Assembly: GCA_050179755.1 (NCBI GenBank)
Contig: JBFXEV010000001.1
Location: 1,061,940 to 1,125,939, forward strand
Origin: Candidatus Babeliales bacterium
GTDB taxonomy: Bacteria; Babelota; Babeliae; Babelales; JBFXEV01
Length of the DNA stretch: 64,000 nt
Direction: 5' to 3'
Of this stretch, positions 37,599 to 46,903 are shown piece by piece. The notes below the pieces were generated by a model. It was not told where the DNA came from, searched no databases, and worked only from the letters and a program-made list of their open reading frames with translations. Within the stretch, counting starts at the first letter, position 1. Each line of letters begins with the position of its first letter. The position numbers were made by a program, and so were the translations under genes.

Positions 37599-37817
37599 GT
37601 GAAAACAGGTATTCACCCAGAATTACATGAAGTGACAATTACATGTGCATGTGGCAATGCTATTACTACGCGTTCTACCATGAAAGATGTAACCGTGACG
37701 CTATGCTCAAAATGCCACCCGTTCTTTACTGGCGAACAAAAGTTTGTAGATACAGCGGGCCGTATTGAGAAGTTCCAAGCTCGTTATAAAGCACCAGAGA
37801 CGAAAAAGAAGAAGTAA
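37599..37817 (+). CDS. rpmE: 50S ribosomal protein L31
   Basis: MKTGIHPE..., CxCG...CSKCHPFFTG zinc motif. GTG start. Confidence 0.9.
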   Translation: MKTGIHPELHEVTITCACGNAITTRSTMKDVTVTLCSKCHPFFTGEQKFVDTAGRIEKFQARYKAPETKKKK

Positions 37818-37879
37818 CCGTCTCATCTAGCCTTTTGGCTAGCTAATTCGGTCAAGACTTAATGGAAATGAAACAATAG

Positions 37880-38950
37880 ATGCAGATTGATTGGAGCAGC
37901 CTTCAGTCACGATATCAAGCTATTAATGAGCAATTGATGTCTGGCGATATTGATAACCGTAAGCGGTCTGAGCTTCAAAGTGAAGCAAAGCACCTCAAGA
38001 CGTTACTTGATGCACACACGCATATTCAAGAAGTTGAAAAACAACTTTCTGATGCCCGTGAGCAAGAAGCTCAAGCTGCTGATCCTGAGTATAAAGAGCT
38101 ATTTACCCAAGAAATTACCGAACTCTCTGATAAATTACAGGTGGCACAAGATGAATTAGAATATCTTATTGTGCCTCCTGATATTATGGATGAACGGTCT
38201 GTGTTTCTTGAAGTCCGTGCCGGCGCTGGAGGCAAAGAAGCCTCACTATTTGCCTCTGATTTGGTGCGTATGTATACCAACTATGCAATTGCCAAGGGTT
38301 GGCAAGTTGATCTTGCCGATATGAGCAACACAGAGCTTGGGGGCGTGCGAGAAGCAACGCTTCACATTCAAGGCAAAGGTGCGTATGCGCATTTAAAAAA
38401 AGAAGCTGGCGTGCATCGTGTGCAGCGTGTTCCTAAAACGGAAACGCAAGGTAGAGTGCATACGTCTACAGCAACTATCGCTGTAATGCCTGAAGCAAAA
38501 GAAGTAGATATTGATATTAATCCTGCGGATTTGCGCGTTGATACGTACCGGGCAAGTGGTGCAGGTGGTCAGCACGTAAATAAAACAGATTCTGCCATTC
38601 GTATAACACATATTCCTACGGGCGTAGTGGTTGCGTGCCAAGAAGAACGCTCACAACATAAAAATAGAGCTAAAGCTCTTAAAATGCTGCAGTCTCGGTT
38701 GCTCCAAGCTGAGCGTGAAAAACAAGAAGCTCTAGAGGCAAAGCAACGCAAAGACCAAGTAGGGTCTGCCATGCGTTCTGAAAAAGTGCGCACCTATAAC
38801 TATCCTCAAAATCGCGTGACCGATCATCAGGTTGAATTGACGCTTAATAAGCTTGATATGATCATGGAAGGTCAGCTTGATGAAATTGTTGCTGCACTTA
38901 TGCAGCATGAGCGAGAAGAGCGCAAAAGACTTGCTATTGCAAAGGTATAG
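37880..38950 (+). CDS. prfA: Peptide chain release factor 1
   Basis: [20 protein letters not shown] and an RVP.TE.QGR.HTS region of RF1 type. Confidence 0.95.
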   Translation: MQIDWSSLQSRYQAINEQLMSGDIDNRKRSELQSEAKHLKTLLDAHTHIQEVEKQLSDAREQEAQAADPEYKELFTQEITELSDKLQVAQDELEYLIVPPDIMDERSVFLEVRAGAGGKEASLFASDLVRMYTNYAIAKGWQVDLADMSNTELGGVREATLHIQGKGAYAHLKKEAGVHRVQRVPKTETQGRVHTSTATIAVMPEAKEVDIDINPADLRVDTYRASGAGGQHVNKTDSAIRITHIPTGVVVACQEERSQHKNRAKALKMLQSRLLQAEREKQEALEAKQRKDQVGSAMRSEKVRTYNYPQNRVTDHQVELTLNKLDMIMEGQLDEIVAALMQHEREERKRLAIAKV

Positions 38951-39085
38951 TCCTCATCGCTCAGAGCGCTGTGCCCGCCGTAGCCAGCCAAGTTTGAAGA
39001 CCTGGATTGGCGTAGGCCGGGAGTGTTCTTCAAGCCTTCAGGCTATGACGGATGTATCGAGGGGTTGCAAAGGTTTAACTACCAA
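38951..39085. repeat. GC-rich block, probable dispersed-repeat copy
   Basis: CCGCCGTAGCC / GGCGTAGGCCGG motifs resemble those flanking tRNA-Phe. Composition contrasts with the surrounding AT-rich spacer. Confidence 0.35.
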
Positions 39086-39231
39086 TATCTCCTGCTGATG
39101 CAGGTTTATAAACCTGACAAATAAACTATCAATATATCTATAAATATCAATATATAGATCTAATCGATGTATCCAAAATGTTATATTTAAACCTGTAAAT
39201 AAAAGTTTTTATAAAAACTTATCAAAAACCC

Positions 39232-39261
39232 TTGCTTATCGAGCTTTCAATAAGTTATAGT
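39232..39261 (+). promoter_or_regulatory. Sigma70-like promoter TTGCTT-N18-TATAGT in front of the stem-module array
   Basis: Hexamers at 39232-39237 and 39256-39261. Confidence 0.4.
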
Positions 39262-39264
39262 ATA

Positions 39265-39615
39265 AGTAGGAAGTGGCTTGAAGAGTAGTAACTTGATACA
39301 AGTTATGAGATCTCCCAAAAGAGAGGCCTTAAAGTCCACTTCCTACTAAAATTGACATATAAGTTGGAGATATTTAAGGTGTTTTTAACTGAGGTTAAAA
39401 GGCGAGTGAGTAATCAGCACAGTAAATATCTCCTCTAAATTGGGAAACGTTAACAGGCGTTCTTATGCATTTATCTTTAAAAGGAGACAATGAGTAATGA
39501 ATCTTAAGTGACGTTTCCCTCTAAATTGGGAAACGTAACAGGCGTTCTTATGAATTTATCTTTAAAAGGAGACAATACGTAATGAATCTTAAGTGACGTT
39601 TCCCTTTATTTTTTT
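39265..39615 (+). ncRNA. Candidate structured RNA: array of four stem-closed modules (strand inferred)
   Basis: Perfect closing helices: 39265-39276/39336-39347 (12 bp), 39366-39376/39423-39433 (11 bp), 39442-39450/39511-39519 (9 bp), 39528-39536/39596-39604 (9 bp). A CTAAA(A)TTG linker separates modules. TTTATTTTTTT follows the last stem. Confidence 0.35.
39442..39613. repeat. 86-bp tandem duplication (modules 3 and 4)
   Basis: Two near-identical units. The second overlaps the last codons and stop of the NUDIX gene. Confidence 0.8.
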
Positions 39616-40131
39616 AAACATTCTAAGCACTGATTGTTCGCGAGTGGGAAGCTCGCTCATATCTAATTTTATCCAACGTAATTCTTTTGATTCATGATTT
39701 TGTATAACTTGCTCATCGCTGGTTACCTGCAATAAAAACCGTATATCATAATGATCATGCGCAGGTTCATGTGTGCGCTCAGGGATTTGATGGATATCAA
39801 TATCAAAAATTTCCAATGAAACCGGCTCAATGCCGCGTATGCCAGATTCTTCTTGCGCTTCTCTGAGTGCTACTTTGAGTACGTCAGTATCGCCATCACA
39901 ATGTCCGCCAAGTTGTAGCCACTTATCAAGTTTGGTGTGGTGCAAAAGCAAAGCATGCGTGTGAGCTTTATTGAGTATAAATGCAGAGCCTGTAATATGG
40001 CCTATTGCAAGCGTACGTTCAAAGCAATTAGCATATGTGTTGATAAACTTGATCGTACGTTCTTTATATTCAGTTTCTTCATGTGTGGGATGATATGCCG
40101 CAAGAAGTTTAAGTAGTTGATTTCTATGCAT
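39589..40131 (-). CDS. NUDIX hydrolase
   Basis: Nudix box GGHCDGDTDVLKVALREAQEESGI. The ATG at 40131 is preferred; the longest ORF uses a GTG at 40167. Confidence 0.75.
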   Translation of the reverse strand: MHRNQLLKLLAAYHPTHEETEYKERTIKFINTYANCFERTLAIGHITGSAFILNKAHTHALLLHHTKLDKWLQLGGHCDGDTDVLKVALREAQEESGIRGIEPVSLEIFDIDIHQIPERTHEPAHDHYDIRFLLQVTSDEQVIQNHESKELRWIKLDMSELPTREQSVLRMFKKIKGNVT

Positions 40132-40246
40132 GAAATGTTCCGTATAATGCTTGAAAAAAGAGCGCACCTTTTAAATTGTTGACTATTGAAACGGCACTGG
40201 CCTATGCTTTGTTATGTATAGTATAAGGCACAAAAAAGGGATATCA

Positions 40247-41815
40247 ATGCAAAAGAGCATAATACGTATTGTAGGAGTGTTAGTTGTTTTATTATCATTG
40301 CCAAAAGCGCAAGCAATGTTTGCACTTGATGATGCGTTGTATCAAGCAGCAGCACAAGGTGACGTTGCCAAGGTAAACGAGCGGATACAGGCTCATGTAA
40401 ACATAAACGAGGTAGGCGTTAACAACGGTGATACTGCACTTCATCTTGCGGTGCGTAATGGACATCTGGCCGTCGTAAATGCTCTTCTTGATGTTAACGT
40501 AGATGTTGCTAAAGAAAACCATAAACGCGAAACTCCTTTGAGCATTGCGCGTGATGCCTATATAAAAGCTGTGGAGGCTGGTGATTTAGATAAGCAACAA
40601 ATCTATCTTGATATACTTAATGCGTTTTTAGGTAATAATACTGATACTGATCGAGATTTATTGCGTCACATAGTTCTTGAAAATATTCCAGGCATAAAAA
40701 GAGCGCTTAATCAGGGTGCAAATGCAAATTCACGTGGCAGAGGTCTGCATGGCATGATGCCTGTTCATTATGTTATTGCTCATTATCCCGTTGATCGCGT
40801 TTTGCCCATGGTAAAACTATTGCTTGAAAAAAATGCAGATAAAAATCAGCAAGATGATGATGGCATGACGCCACTTGCTCATGCTACTGTGCGGCGATTA
40901 CAGGAAGTTGTAGAATACTTGTTAGCGCAAAAAGTAAATGTTGATCAAGCTGATAAAACAGGTCAAACGCCCTTACATCATTATGCAGCTCGTGGTGATC
41001 TTGAAGGAGTTAATGCTTTGCTGAGTGCGCATGCCAATCCAAATGCTGTAGATCAATCCAACCAAACGCCGCTCTTTTTTGCTGCAATGCGTGGATATGA
41101 TGCGGTAGTTGCTGCATTGCTTGCGGCTCAAGCCGATCCCAATGCACAAGCGTCGGCTTATGCCTATACACAAGATAAAAAAGGTTTGACGGTGGTACAA
41201 GTGGCACAAAATTCAAATATCGTTCGTATGCTTGTGGAAAAGGGCGCAAATCCGCATCAGTTTATGAATCCTACTACCCATGAAACATTATTGCATTATG
41301 CAGTAAAAACAGGCGATGCGCAGCTCGTACGCTTATTACTTGAGAAAAATGTTGATGTAAATGCGCCAGATCACGTTCTGCGAACGCCCTTGCATTTTAT
41401 AGTACAGTATGCGAATGTTGCAACTAAGCCAATCGTTTCACTTTTGCTTGCAAAAGGCGCAAATCCTACATTAGAAAATCTCACTGGTGAAACTCCGATT
41501 GATTTTGCACGGCGTGGGCAATTGGCGCTTGCAGGCCGTATACTATCCCGTGGTGAGTTAGAGCATGAAGATTACGATGCGCTTATTGATGAGCTCACTC
41601 ATGCAAGTGCGCCTTTTGTTCAAACGGTAAAGACAACAAAACCGTTGCCAGAAAAGCCTGTAAAACCATTATCAACAAAACCGTTGCCCACTAAACCAAC
41701 GCAATTGCCGGCAAGTACATGCCCAATAAAGCCAGCATCGCCTCCTGAGCTCCAAGACGTATTAGAAGATTTAGTACGTGCGCTCGAAAAATTGGAAGAT
41801 CAAATACGTGCGTAA
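40247..41815 (+). CDS. Ankyrin-repeat protein with signal peptide and Pro-rich C-terminus
   Basis: Many ANK units (GDTALHLAVRNGH, GQTPLHHYAARGD, NQTPLFFAAMRGY). C-terminal KPLPEKPVKPLSTKPLPTKP. The longest ORF starts at 40214. Confidence 0.85.
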   Translation: MQKSIIRIVGVLVVLLSLPKAQAMFALDDALYQAAAQGDVAKVNERIQAHVNINEVGVNNGDTALHLAVRNGHLAVVNALLDVNVDVAKENHKRETPLSIARDAYIKAVEAGDLDKQQIYLDILNAFLGNNTDTDRDLLRHIVLENIPGIKRALNQGANANSRGRGLHGMMPVHYVIAHYPVDRVLPMVKLLLEKNADKNQQDDDGMTPLAHATVRRLQEVVEYLLAQKVNVDQADKTGQTPLHHYAARGDLEGVNALLSAHANPNAVDQSNQTPLFFAAMRGYDAVVAALLAAQADPNAQASAYAYTQDKKGLTVVQVAQNSNIVRMLVEKGANPHQFMNPTTHETLLHYAVKTGDAQLVRLLLEKNVDVNAPDHVLRTPLHFIVQYANVATKPIVSLLLAKGANPTLENLTGETPIDFARRGQLALAGRILSRGELEHEDYDALIDELTHASAPFVQTVKTTKPLPEKPVKPLSTKPLPTKPTQLPASTCPIKPASPPELQDVLEDLVRALEKLEDQIRA

Positions 41816-41845
41816 ATGCTAGGCAAATAAAACAATTTTAATTAT

Positions 41846-41897
41846 ACTCCTAAGCAGTTCGTTTAAAAATATAAACAAAATTGCTTAGGAGTTTTTT
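41846..41897 (+). terminator. 11-bp perfect hairpin + T-run; its 3' arm contains the nupC Shine-Dalgarno
   Basis: ACTCCTAAGCA (41846-41856) pairs with TGCTTAGGAGT (41882-41892), then TTTTT, then the ATG at 41899. Confidence 0.5.
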
Positions 41898-41898
41898 C

Positions 41899-43170
41899 AT
41901 GTCACTGCTTGCGTATTTGCTAGAACATAATCGTTATATGAACTTGCTTGGCATATTCGTAATACTATTTATTGCATTTTTATTTTCAAAAAGACGCAGC
42001 GCCATAAATTATAAGTTAGTAGTAAGTGCGTTGATTTTGCAATGTGCAATTGGTTTTGCCATTTTACGGACTACTCTTGGTCAGCGCGTTGTTGATTATG
42101 TGGCCCATGGCGTGAATCGTTTATATCAATTTGCAGAAGTTGGCTCTGGATTTGTTTTTGGCAAATTAGCACAAGCAGATGGCCCGTGGGGGTTTGTGTT
42201 TGGTATTAAAGTGCTGCCCATAATTATCTTTTTTGGAGCATTAATGGCGCTGCTATTCCATCTTGGCATTGTGCAACTGGTGGTGCGAGGTATCAGTTTT
42301 GTGGTGCGTCCTATCTTAGGAACGTCTGGTGCAGAAACGTTGTGCGCCATTTCAAATAGTTTTTTAGGTCAAACTGAAGCGCCTCTCTTGGTGCGCCCTT
42401 ACTTAAAAAATATGACTAAATCAGAAATGTTGGTGGTTATGGTGAGTGGTATGGCAACAATTTCTGGTGCGATACTTGCAGTATTTGCTGCTATGGGTGT
42501 GCCTGCAGAACATTTATTAACAGCAAGTGTTATGTCTATCCCTGCATCATTGCTTATTGCAAAAATTTTGCTTCCGGAAACAGAAAAACCACTTACGGCT
42601 GGCGATGCTCCTGTTGCCTTTGAAAGATCAACTAGCAACGTTATTGATGCAGTTTCTGCAGGAACCTCAGATGGTATGTATCTGGCGTTAAATGTTGGTG
42701 CCATGTTAATTTCATTTTTATCTCTTCTTGCGCTCATTAATTTTTTCTTGGGTTGGGGCACCGAATATATTAATGGGTTCTTACATTTCTTAGGTTTGGC
42801 AGTGCAGCTGCCCGTACTTACACTTAATCTTATTTTTGCCTATGTGTTCGCACCATTTGGCTATCTGTTGGGATTAACAGGCATGGAAGCACTGCAAGCT
42901 GGTGCACTTCTTGGCACTAAAGTTGCGGTGAATGAGCTTATTGCCTATGGTGAAATGGTTGCAATGAATTTGTCCCCTCGTGCTGAAGCGTTACTTACCT
43001 ATGCGCTGTGTGGTTTTTCTAATTTTTCCTGTATTGGCATTCAAGTGGGTGGTATTGGCGCGCTTGTGCCAGAAAAACGTTCATGGCTTTGTGAGCTTGG
43101 TTTATATGCAGTTCTTGGTGGCGCGCTTTCTAATTTGCTTAATGCTATGATTGCGGGATTATTACTGTAA
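41899..43170 (+). CDS. nupC: NupC/CNT family concentrative nucleoside transporter
   Basis: ~420 aa polytopic protein with CNT-like N- and C-terminal regions (GFVFG..., LCGFSNFSCIGIQ). TAGGAG SD 7 nt before the ATG at 41899. Confidence 0.75.
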   Translation: MSLLAYLLEHNRYMNLLGIFVILFIAFLFSKRRSAINYKLVVSALILQCAIGFAILRTTLGQRVVDYVAHGVNRLYQFAEVGSGFVFGKLAQADGPWGFVFGIKVLPIIIFFGALMALLFHLGIVQLVVRGISFVVRPILGTSGAETLCAISNSFLGQTEAPLLVRPYLKNMTKSEMLVVMVSGMATISGAILAVFAAMGVPAEHLLTASVMSIPASLLIAKILLPETEKPLTAGDAPVAFERSTSNVIDAVSAGTSDGMYLALNVGAMLISFLSLLALINFFLGWGTEYINGFLHFLGLAVQLPVLTLNLIFAYVFAPFGYLLGLTGMEALQAGALLGTKVAVNELIAYGEMVAMNLSPRAEALLTYALCGFSNFSCIGIQVGGIGALVPEKRSWLCELGLYAVLGGALSNLLNAMIAGLLL

Positions 43171-43179
43171 AGGCACAAC

Positions 43180-45048
43180 ATGAAAAAACAAAAGGTAGGT
43201 AGCATATGCATGTTGTTGTTACATGTTTCATGGAATTATGCTATGTACATGTCTGGCGAGCAGGCAAAAAGAATTGCACCACGTTTAGTGGCACGTGGTC
43301 AATTGGAGCAAGTTGAAGAGCCAGCTAATTTTAATACATTCAATGGCTATTGGTTTAAAGCTGAATTGCTAGAGCATCCGGCCATACAAAGGCTTGAGCA
43401 ACTTGATCAAGTAGTGAAAGATGCGGCGTTAGGTGTTGTGGGTGATCTTTCAACAAGGGGAAAGAAGTATCTTGCAGCTTGCGCAATGGCAGCTGGGGCA
43501 AATCATGAACAAACATGTGGAAAATTAGTTTCATGGCTTTCTGAAGCAATAGAAAGAGATGATATTAATTTTGTGGCGACTATGGCGCCTTTTAAGCCTA
43601 ATCCAAACCGGCGTGAAATGTGCTATAAAGAATCATTTGCGCAAGTGCCACTTTTTGCGACACCTCGTGTGTTTACCGCAGAAAGAATAGCGCATCATAT
43701 GGAAATCCCTCTTTTTTTCAAGGTGCAAAGCCCGCAAATGGCTTTATGGCTTTGGACGCTTAATGCTGATTACACGCAGCGAGGTGGTATAGATGATGGG
43801 ACGGTGCTTCATCATCTGTGCTCGTTTCCGCCAGAACGGCATAGCGATGCTGCTGCATTATGCGCATTTTATTTAAAAAAAGGTGCTGATCCCCACGCAG
43901 TAGATGCTGTTGGTCGTCTGCCCTTACATTGTATTGCACGTCGCGTGAATAATCTGAATATCGAGCAATTATTGCCATGTATGCTTCTTATGCTGCGCGC
44001 AGGTGCTGATACTGGCCGAAAGGATAATCATGGCATGTCATTTGAAGATTATATGCAACGAAGCTTATATAATTCAATTAGTAGTCGAATACAAATTAAT
44101 GTACTCAATGCATATCAAGAATCGCGAGACAAAAACAAATGCGGGCGAGCTGAATACTATACATCATATGAGTCAGATTTGCTGAAAGCAGAAGAGCCTG
44201 CATGCTATTGTGAGTGCCTGGAGACTGAACAAACAAGTGAAAGCAAAGACTTAGATTTTTTGCGTAGTTGCATAGTAAAAGCGGCTGAAAAGCCATTAGA
44301 AAAACGGGTTAATTTTAATTGTAGGGAACTCCAGCAACACCCTGCACTTTCACATTGGCGGCCCCTGTTGTTATCTGGCAAGAATTTGGAAGAGCTTTTG
44401 CCAGATATGAGGGTAGAAATTTGGCAAGCGGTTGTGGCTTCATTGCTTGATTATAATGTGGGACGCACACTTGCCGCATTTTTTGCCATTATTTTGCGTG
44501 ATGATGCATTTTTGGCACTTGGCGATGCTAACATAGTCATGGAAGATGACTATGATGTGACTTCATTCATGTTCCAACATGTCAAACCAAAACCAGATGA
44601 ATTTTGCACGTGTTTGTCTGCTCGCACTCTGCCTATGGCCAAGCTTTTAAAACGATATGGGTATTATACACAATTCGTTGACGCACAAGAGAACACGCCA
44701 TTTCATTATTTTGCGCGCCATGGCAAGTTGGTAGAGCCCGGACTTATTGATTTTTATGTAAAAGAAAATGTTGATCCCTGCGCTAAGAACAGTGAGGATC
44801 AAACAGCAGCGGACCTATTGGTAGAATATAGTTATCGTTTTGATGGACATGAAGAAAAATTAGCGGCATTTTTGACCATGTTAAAATTGCATGGTGCAGT
44901 GTCTAAACGTGCACATGAAAAAACTGGCAAAACGCTATTAGAAGCTGCGCAAGAGGCACATAGCGTGTGGGAATTGCCATGCACCGCGTTGGTTGTTACT
45001 ATGTTGCAAGAATTAGACGGCGAAAAAGAGCAGATTACCAAATTATGA
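43180..45048 (+). CDS. Large hypothetical protein with ankyrin-like repeats
   Basis: ANK-like units (GTVLHHLC, GRLPLHCIARR, NTPFHYFARHG). Confidence 0.55.
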   Translation: MKKQKVGSICMLLLHVSWNYAMYMSGEQAKRIAPRLVARGQLEQVEEPANFNTFNGYWFKAELLEHPAIQRLEQLDQVVKDAALGVVGDLSTRGKKYLAACAMAAGANHEQTCGKLVSWLSEAIERDDINFVATMAPFKPNPNRREMCYKESFAQVPLFATPRVFTAERIAHHMEIPLFFKVQSPQMALWLWTLNADYTQRGGIDDGTVLHHLCSFPPERHSDAAALCAFYLKKGADPHAVDAVGRLPLHCIARRVNNLNIEQLLPCMLLMLRAGADTGRKDNHGMSFEDYMQRSLYNSISSRIQINVLNAYQESRDKNKCGRAEYYTSYESDLLKAEEPACYCECLETEQTSESKDLDFLRSCIVKAAEKPLEKRVNFNCRELQQHPALSHWRPLLLSGKNLEELLPDMRVEIWQAVVASLLDYNVGRTLAAFFAIILRDDAFLALGDANIVMEDDYDVTSFMFQHVKPKPDEFCTCLSARTLPMAKLLKRYGYYTQFVDAQENTPFHYFARHGKLVEPGLIDFYVKENVDPCAKNSEDQTAADLLVEYSYRFDGHEEKLAAFLTMLKLHGAVSKRAHEKTGKTLLEAAQEAHSVWELPCTALVVTMLQELDGEKEQITKL

Positions 45049-45136
45049 AAGTGATACTAATGAGAATCGCTCGTAAGGTTATAAGCTTGTTTTGGGGCTA
45101 TGAGAAAGTTTTGATAGCAAGGTCTGAAGGAAAACA

Positions 45137-45622
45137 ATGACGCAAGAACAAAAATTGTATGAGCTATTTGATGAACTTGGCATAGCATATACAATCTACG
45201 AGCACGAGGCTTTATTCACCGTTGATCAAGCCCAAGAAGCAGAAAAAAATATTCCGGGAACGCATTGCAAAAATCTTTTTCTAAAAGATGATAAAAAGCG
45301 ATTTTGGCTTTTAGTAGCCTATAATAGAGCAGCAGTTGATTTACGCAAGATTGCACATGCTCTTAATGCAAAGGGGCTACGTTTTGCGCAACCAGAATTA
45401 TTGGATCAATACTTGGGATTAAAGCCTGGTTCGGTAACTCCGTTTGGCTTAATTAATGATACTGAGCGTGCAGTGCATGTAATTCTTGATGAAAATTTGT
45501 TGAAGTCTGAGTTAGTGGGCTTTCATCCACTCAGGAACACCGCAACGGTTACGTTAATGCCACAAGATTTGCTAAAATTTTTGAAGCATCAAGGTAATGC
45601 TCTCTCGGTGTATACGTTATAG
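45137..45622 (+). CDS. YbaK/ProX-type aminoacyl-tRNA trans-editing deacylase
   Basis: HCKNLFLKDDKKRFWLLV and GSVTPFG motifs, ~160 aa. Confidence 0.7.
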   Translation: MTQEQKLYELFDELGIAYTIYEHEALFTVDQAQEAEKNIPGTHCKNLFLKDDKKRFWLLVAYNRAAVDLRKIAHALNAKGLRFAQPELLDQYLGLKPGSVTPFGLINDTERAVHVILDENLLKSELVGFHPLRNTATVTLMPQDLLKFLKHQGNALSVYTL

Positions 45623-45647
45623 TGTGTTGGTAGTTTAAGGAATAATT

Positions 45648-46487
45648 ATGAGAAAATTATGTATCCTTGTGTTATTGATTTTTGGGGTGATGCATGCAAT
45701 GGACCATGAAGAACCGCAAGGATCGTCTTATCAAGAAGAGAAAACCTCTGAATTCAATAATCCTCTGTATGGACTCAAATGGGTTCGAGGCTGCCATGAG
45801 CAAAAGCTGCGTGAAAAATTAGACGCAGACTCGTTCCAACAAATGCTTGCTTGCCCGCGTATTATGCGCGATTCCGGATATGGAAAACTAAAAGATTGTA
45901 TTGAACGTCATGATACAAAGCGCGTAGCGCAATTATTAGTGGCAGGTTGTGATCCTGATGGCAGTAGATCTCTTTTTGAAGATAAAAAGTTACAGATATA
46001 TCTTGACGGTGTTGAAATGAAAGAGCCTGAGCAAGCTCCTGTGCCATCCCCCTTATTTTTGGCATGTCAAAAAGGCGCTGTTCACTGTGCACGGCTGCTT
46101 CTTAAGCATGGTGCAGATCCTGATGGTCCGGGTCTTTTTAAGCGAACTCCTTTGCATGCAGTGTGTACGCACCCACTTTCTTTTTTAGAGTCAAGTCGTG
46201 AGCTTGTTATGTTGTTATTAGCGTTTGGTGCTACTATAGAAGCGCGTGATATTAGTGAACAAACTGCGGTTGATTGTGCCGATGGAAATCCTGATTTCTT
46301 ACAATTTTTACGTGCAAGTATAGAAGAAGCTAAGAAAGTGCCATTTGATGTTCTTACGCACAGAGCACAAAAAAAGAAAGAGCGGGAGGCAATAATTAGA
46401 GAACTAATAGAGAAGTGGCAAAAAGATTCTCATAGCAGTTTTGGTTGCAGCAGTTCAGGCGGTGGTATGCGTGCACTATTAATGTAA
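45648..46487 (+). CDS. Ankyrin-repeat protein with signal peptide
   Basis: SPLFLACQKGAVHCARLLLKHGADPD and RTPLHAVC. Confidence 0.75.
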   Translation: MRKLCILVLLIFGVMHAMDHEEPQGSSYQEEKTSEFNNPLYGLKWVRGCHEQKLREKLDADSFQQMLACPRIMRDSGYGKLKDCIERHDTKRVAQLLVAGCDPDGSRSLFEDKKLQIYLDGVEMKEPEQAPVPSPLFLACQKGAVHCARLLLKHGADPDGPGLFKRTPLHAVCTHPLSFLESSRELVMLLLAFGATIEARDISEQTAVDCADGNPDFLQFLRASIEEAKKVPFDVLTHRAQKKKEREAIIRELIEKWQKDSHSSFGCSSSGGGMRALLM

Positions 46488-46578
46488 TTAAAGAGTAATT
46501 ATGTATTCTTGCGCAATGTCTTGTGGTCATGTTACGCTGGTGATGTGGGGTATACAGTTATAAAAAGGGAGGCATGTA

Positions 46579-46785
46579 ATGAAGAAAGCACTTTTATTTT
46601 TGATGGTGGCTGCGTTATTGATTGTAGGTTTATTAAAAATAACGCGAGCATTTAATGTTGAGCATAAGATCAAGCAAGATGTTAAACCTTGGTTGGTGCA
46701 ATCGCAAGATAATCGTGATCCAAAGGATGTAAATTCCAGTGCCGAATCGCGCAAGCGGCGGAGAGAAGATCAATTACAACGATAG
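46579..46785 (+). CDS. Small secreted/anchored protein
   Basis: SD GGGAGG upstream and a signal-like N-terminus. Preferred over the antisense ORF at 46527-46754. Confidence 0.4.
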   Translation: MKKALLFLMVAALLIVGLLKITRAFNVEHKIKQDVKPWLVQSQDNRDPKDVNSSAESRKRRREDQLQR

Positions 46786-46903
46786 TTACATGTTTTAATT
46801 AAAGATTTTTATCTTTGAGTGATATTGTTTAAATTATTTGGTGAGCTATTCTTTTACGGGGTAGCTCGTTTTTTTATGTAAGATATTTTTTTTAGGTATA
46901 ATT

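Noticed and set aside
39121-39230. Possible replication origin (AT-rich, short iterons)
   Set aside because: I found no TTATCCACA-type DnaA boxes, and dnaA/dnaN are not nearby. The region is better explained as operator/promoter sequence for the downstream array.
39434-39613. Possible CRISPR array (direct repeats)
   Set aside because: There are only two ~86-bp units, directly abutting with no spacers. The units are far longer than CRISPR repeats, and no cas genes are in the window.
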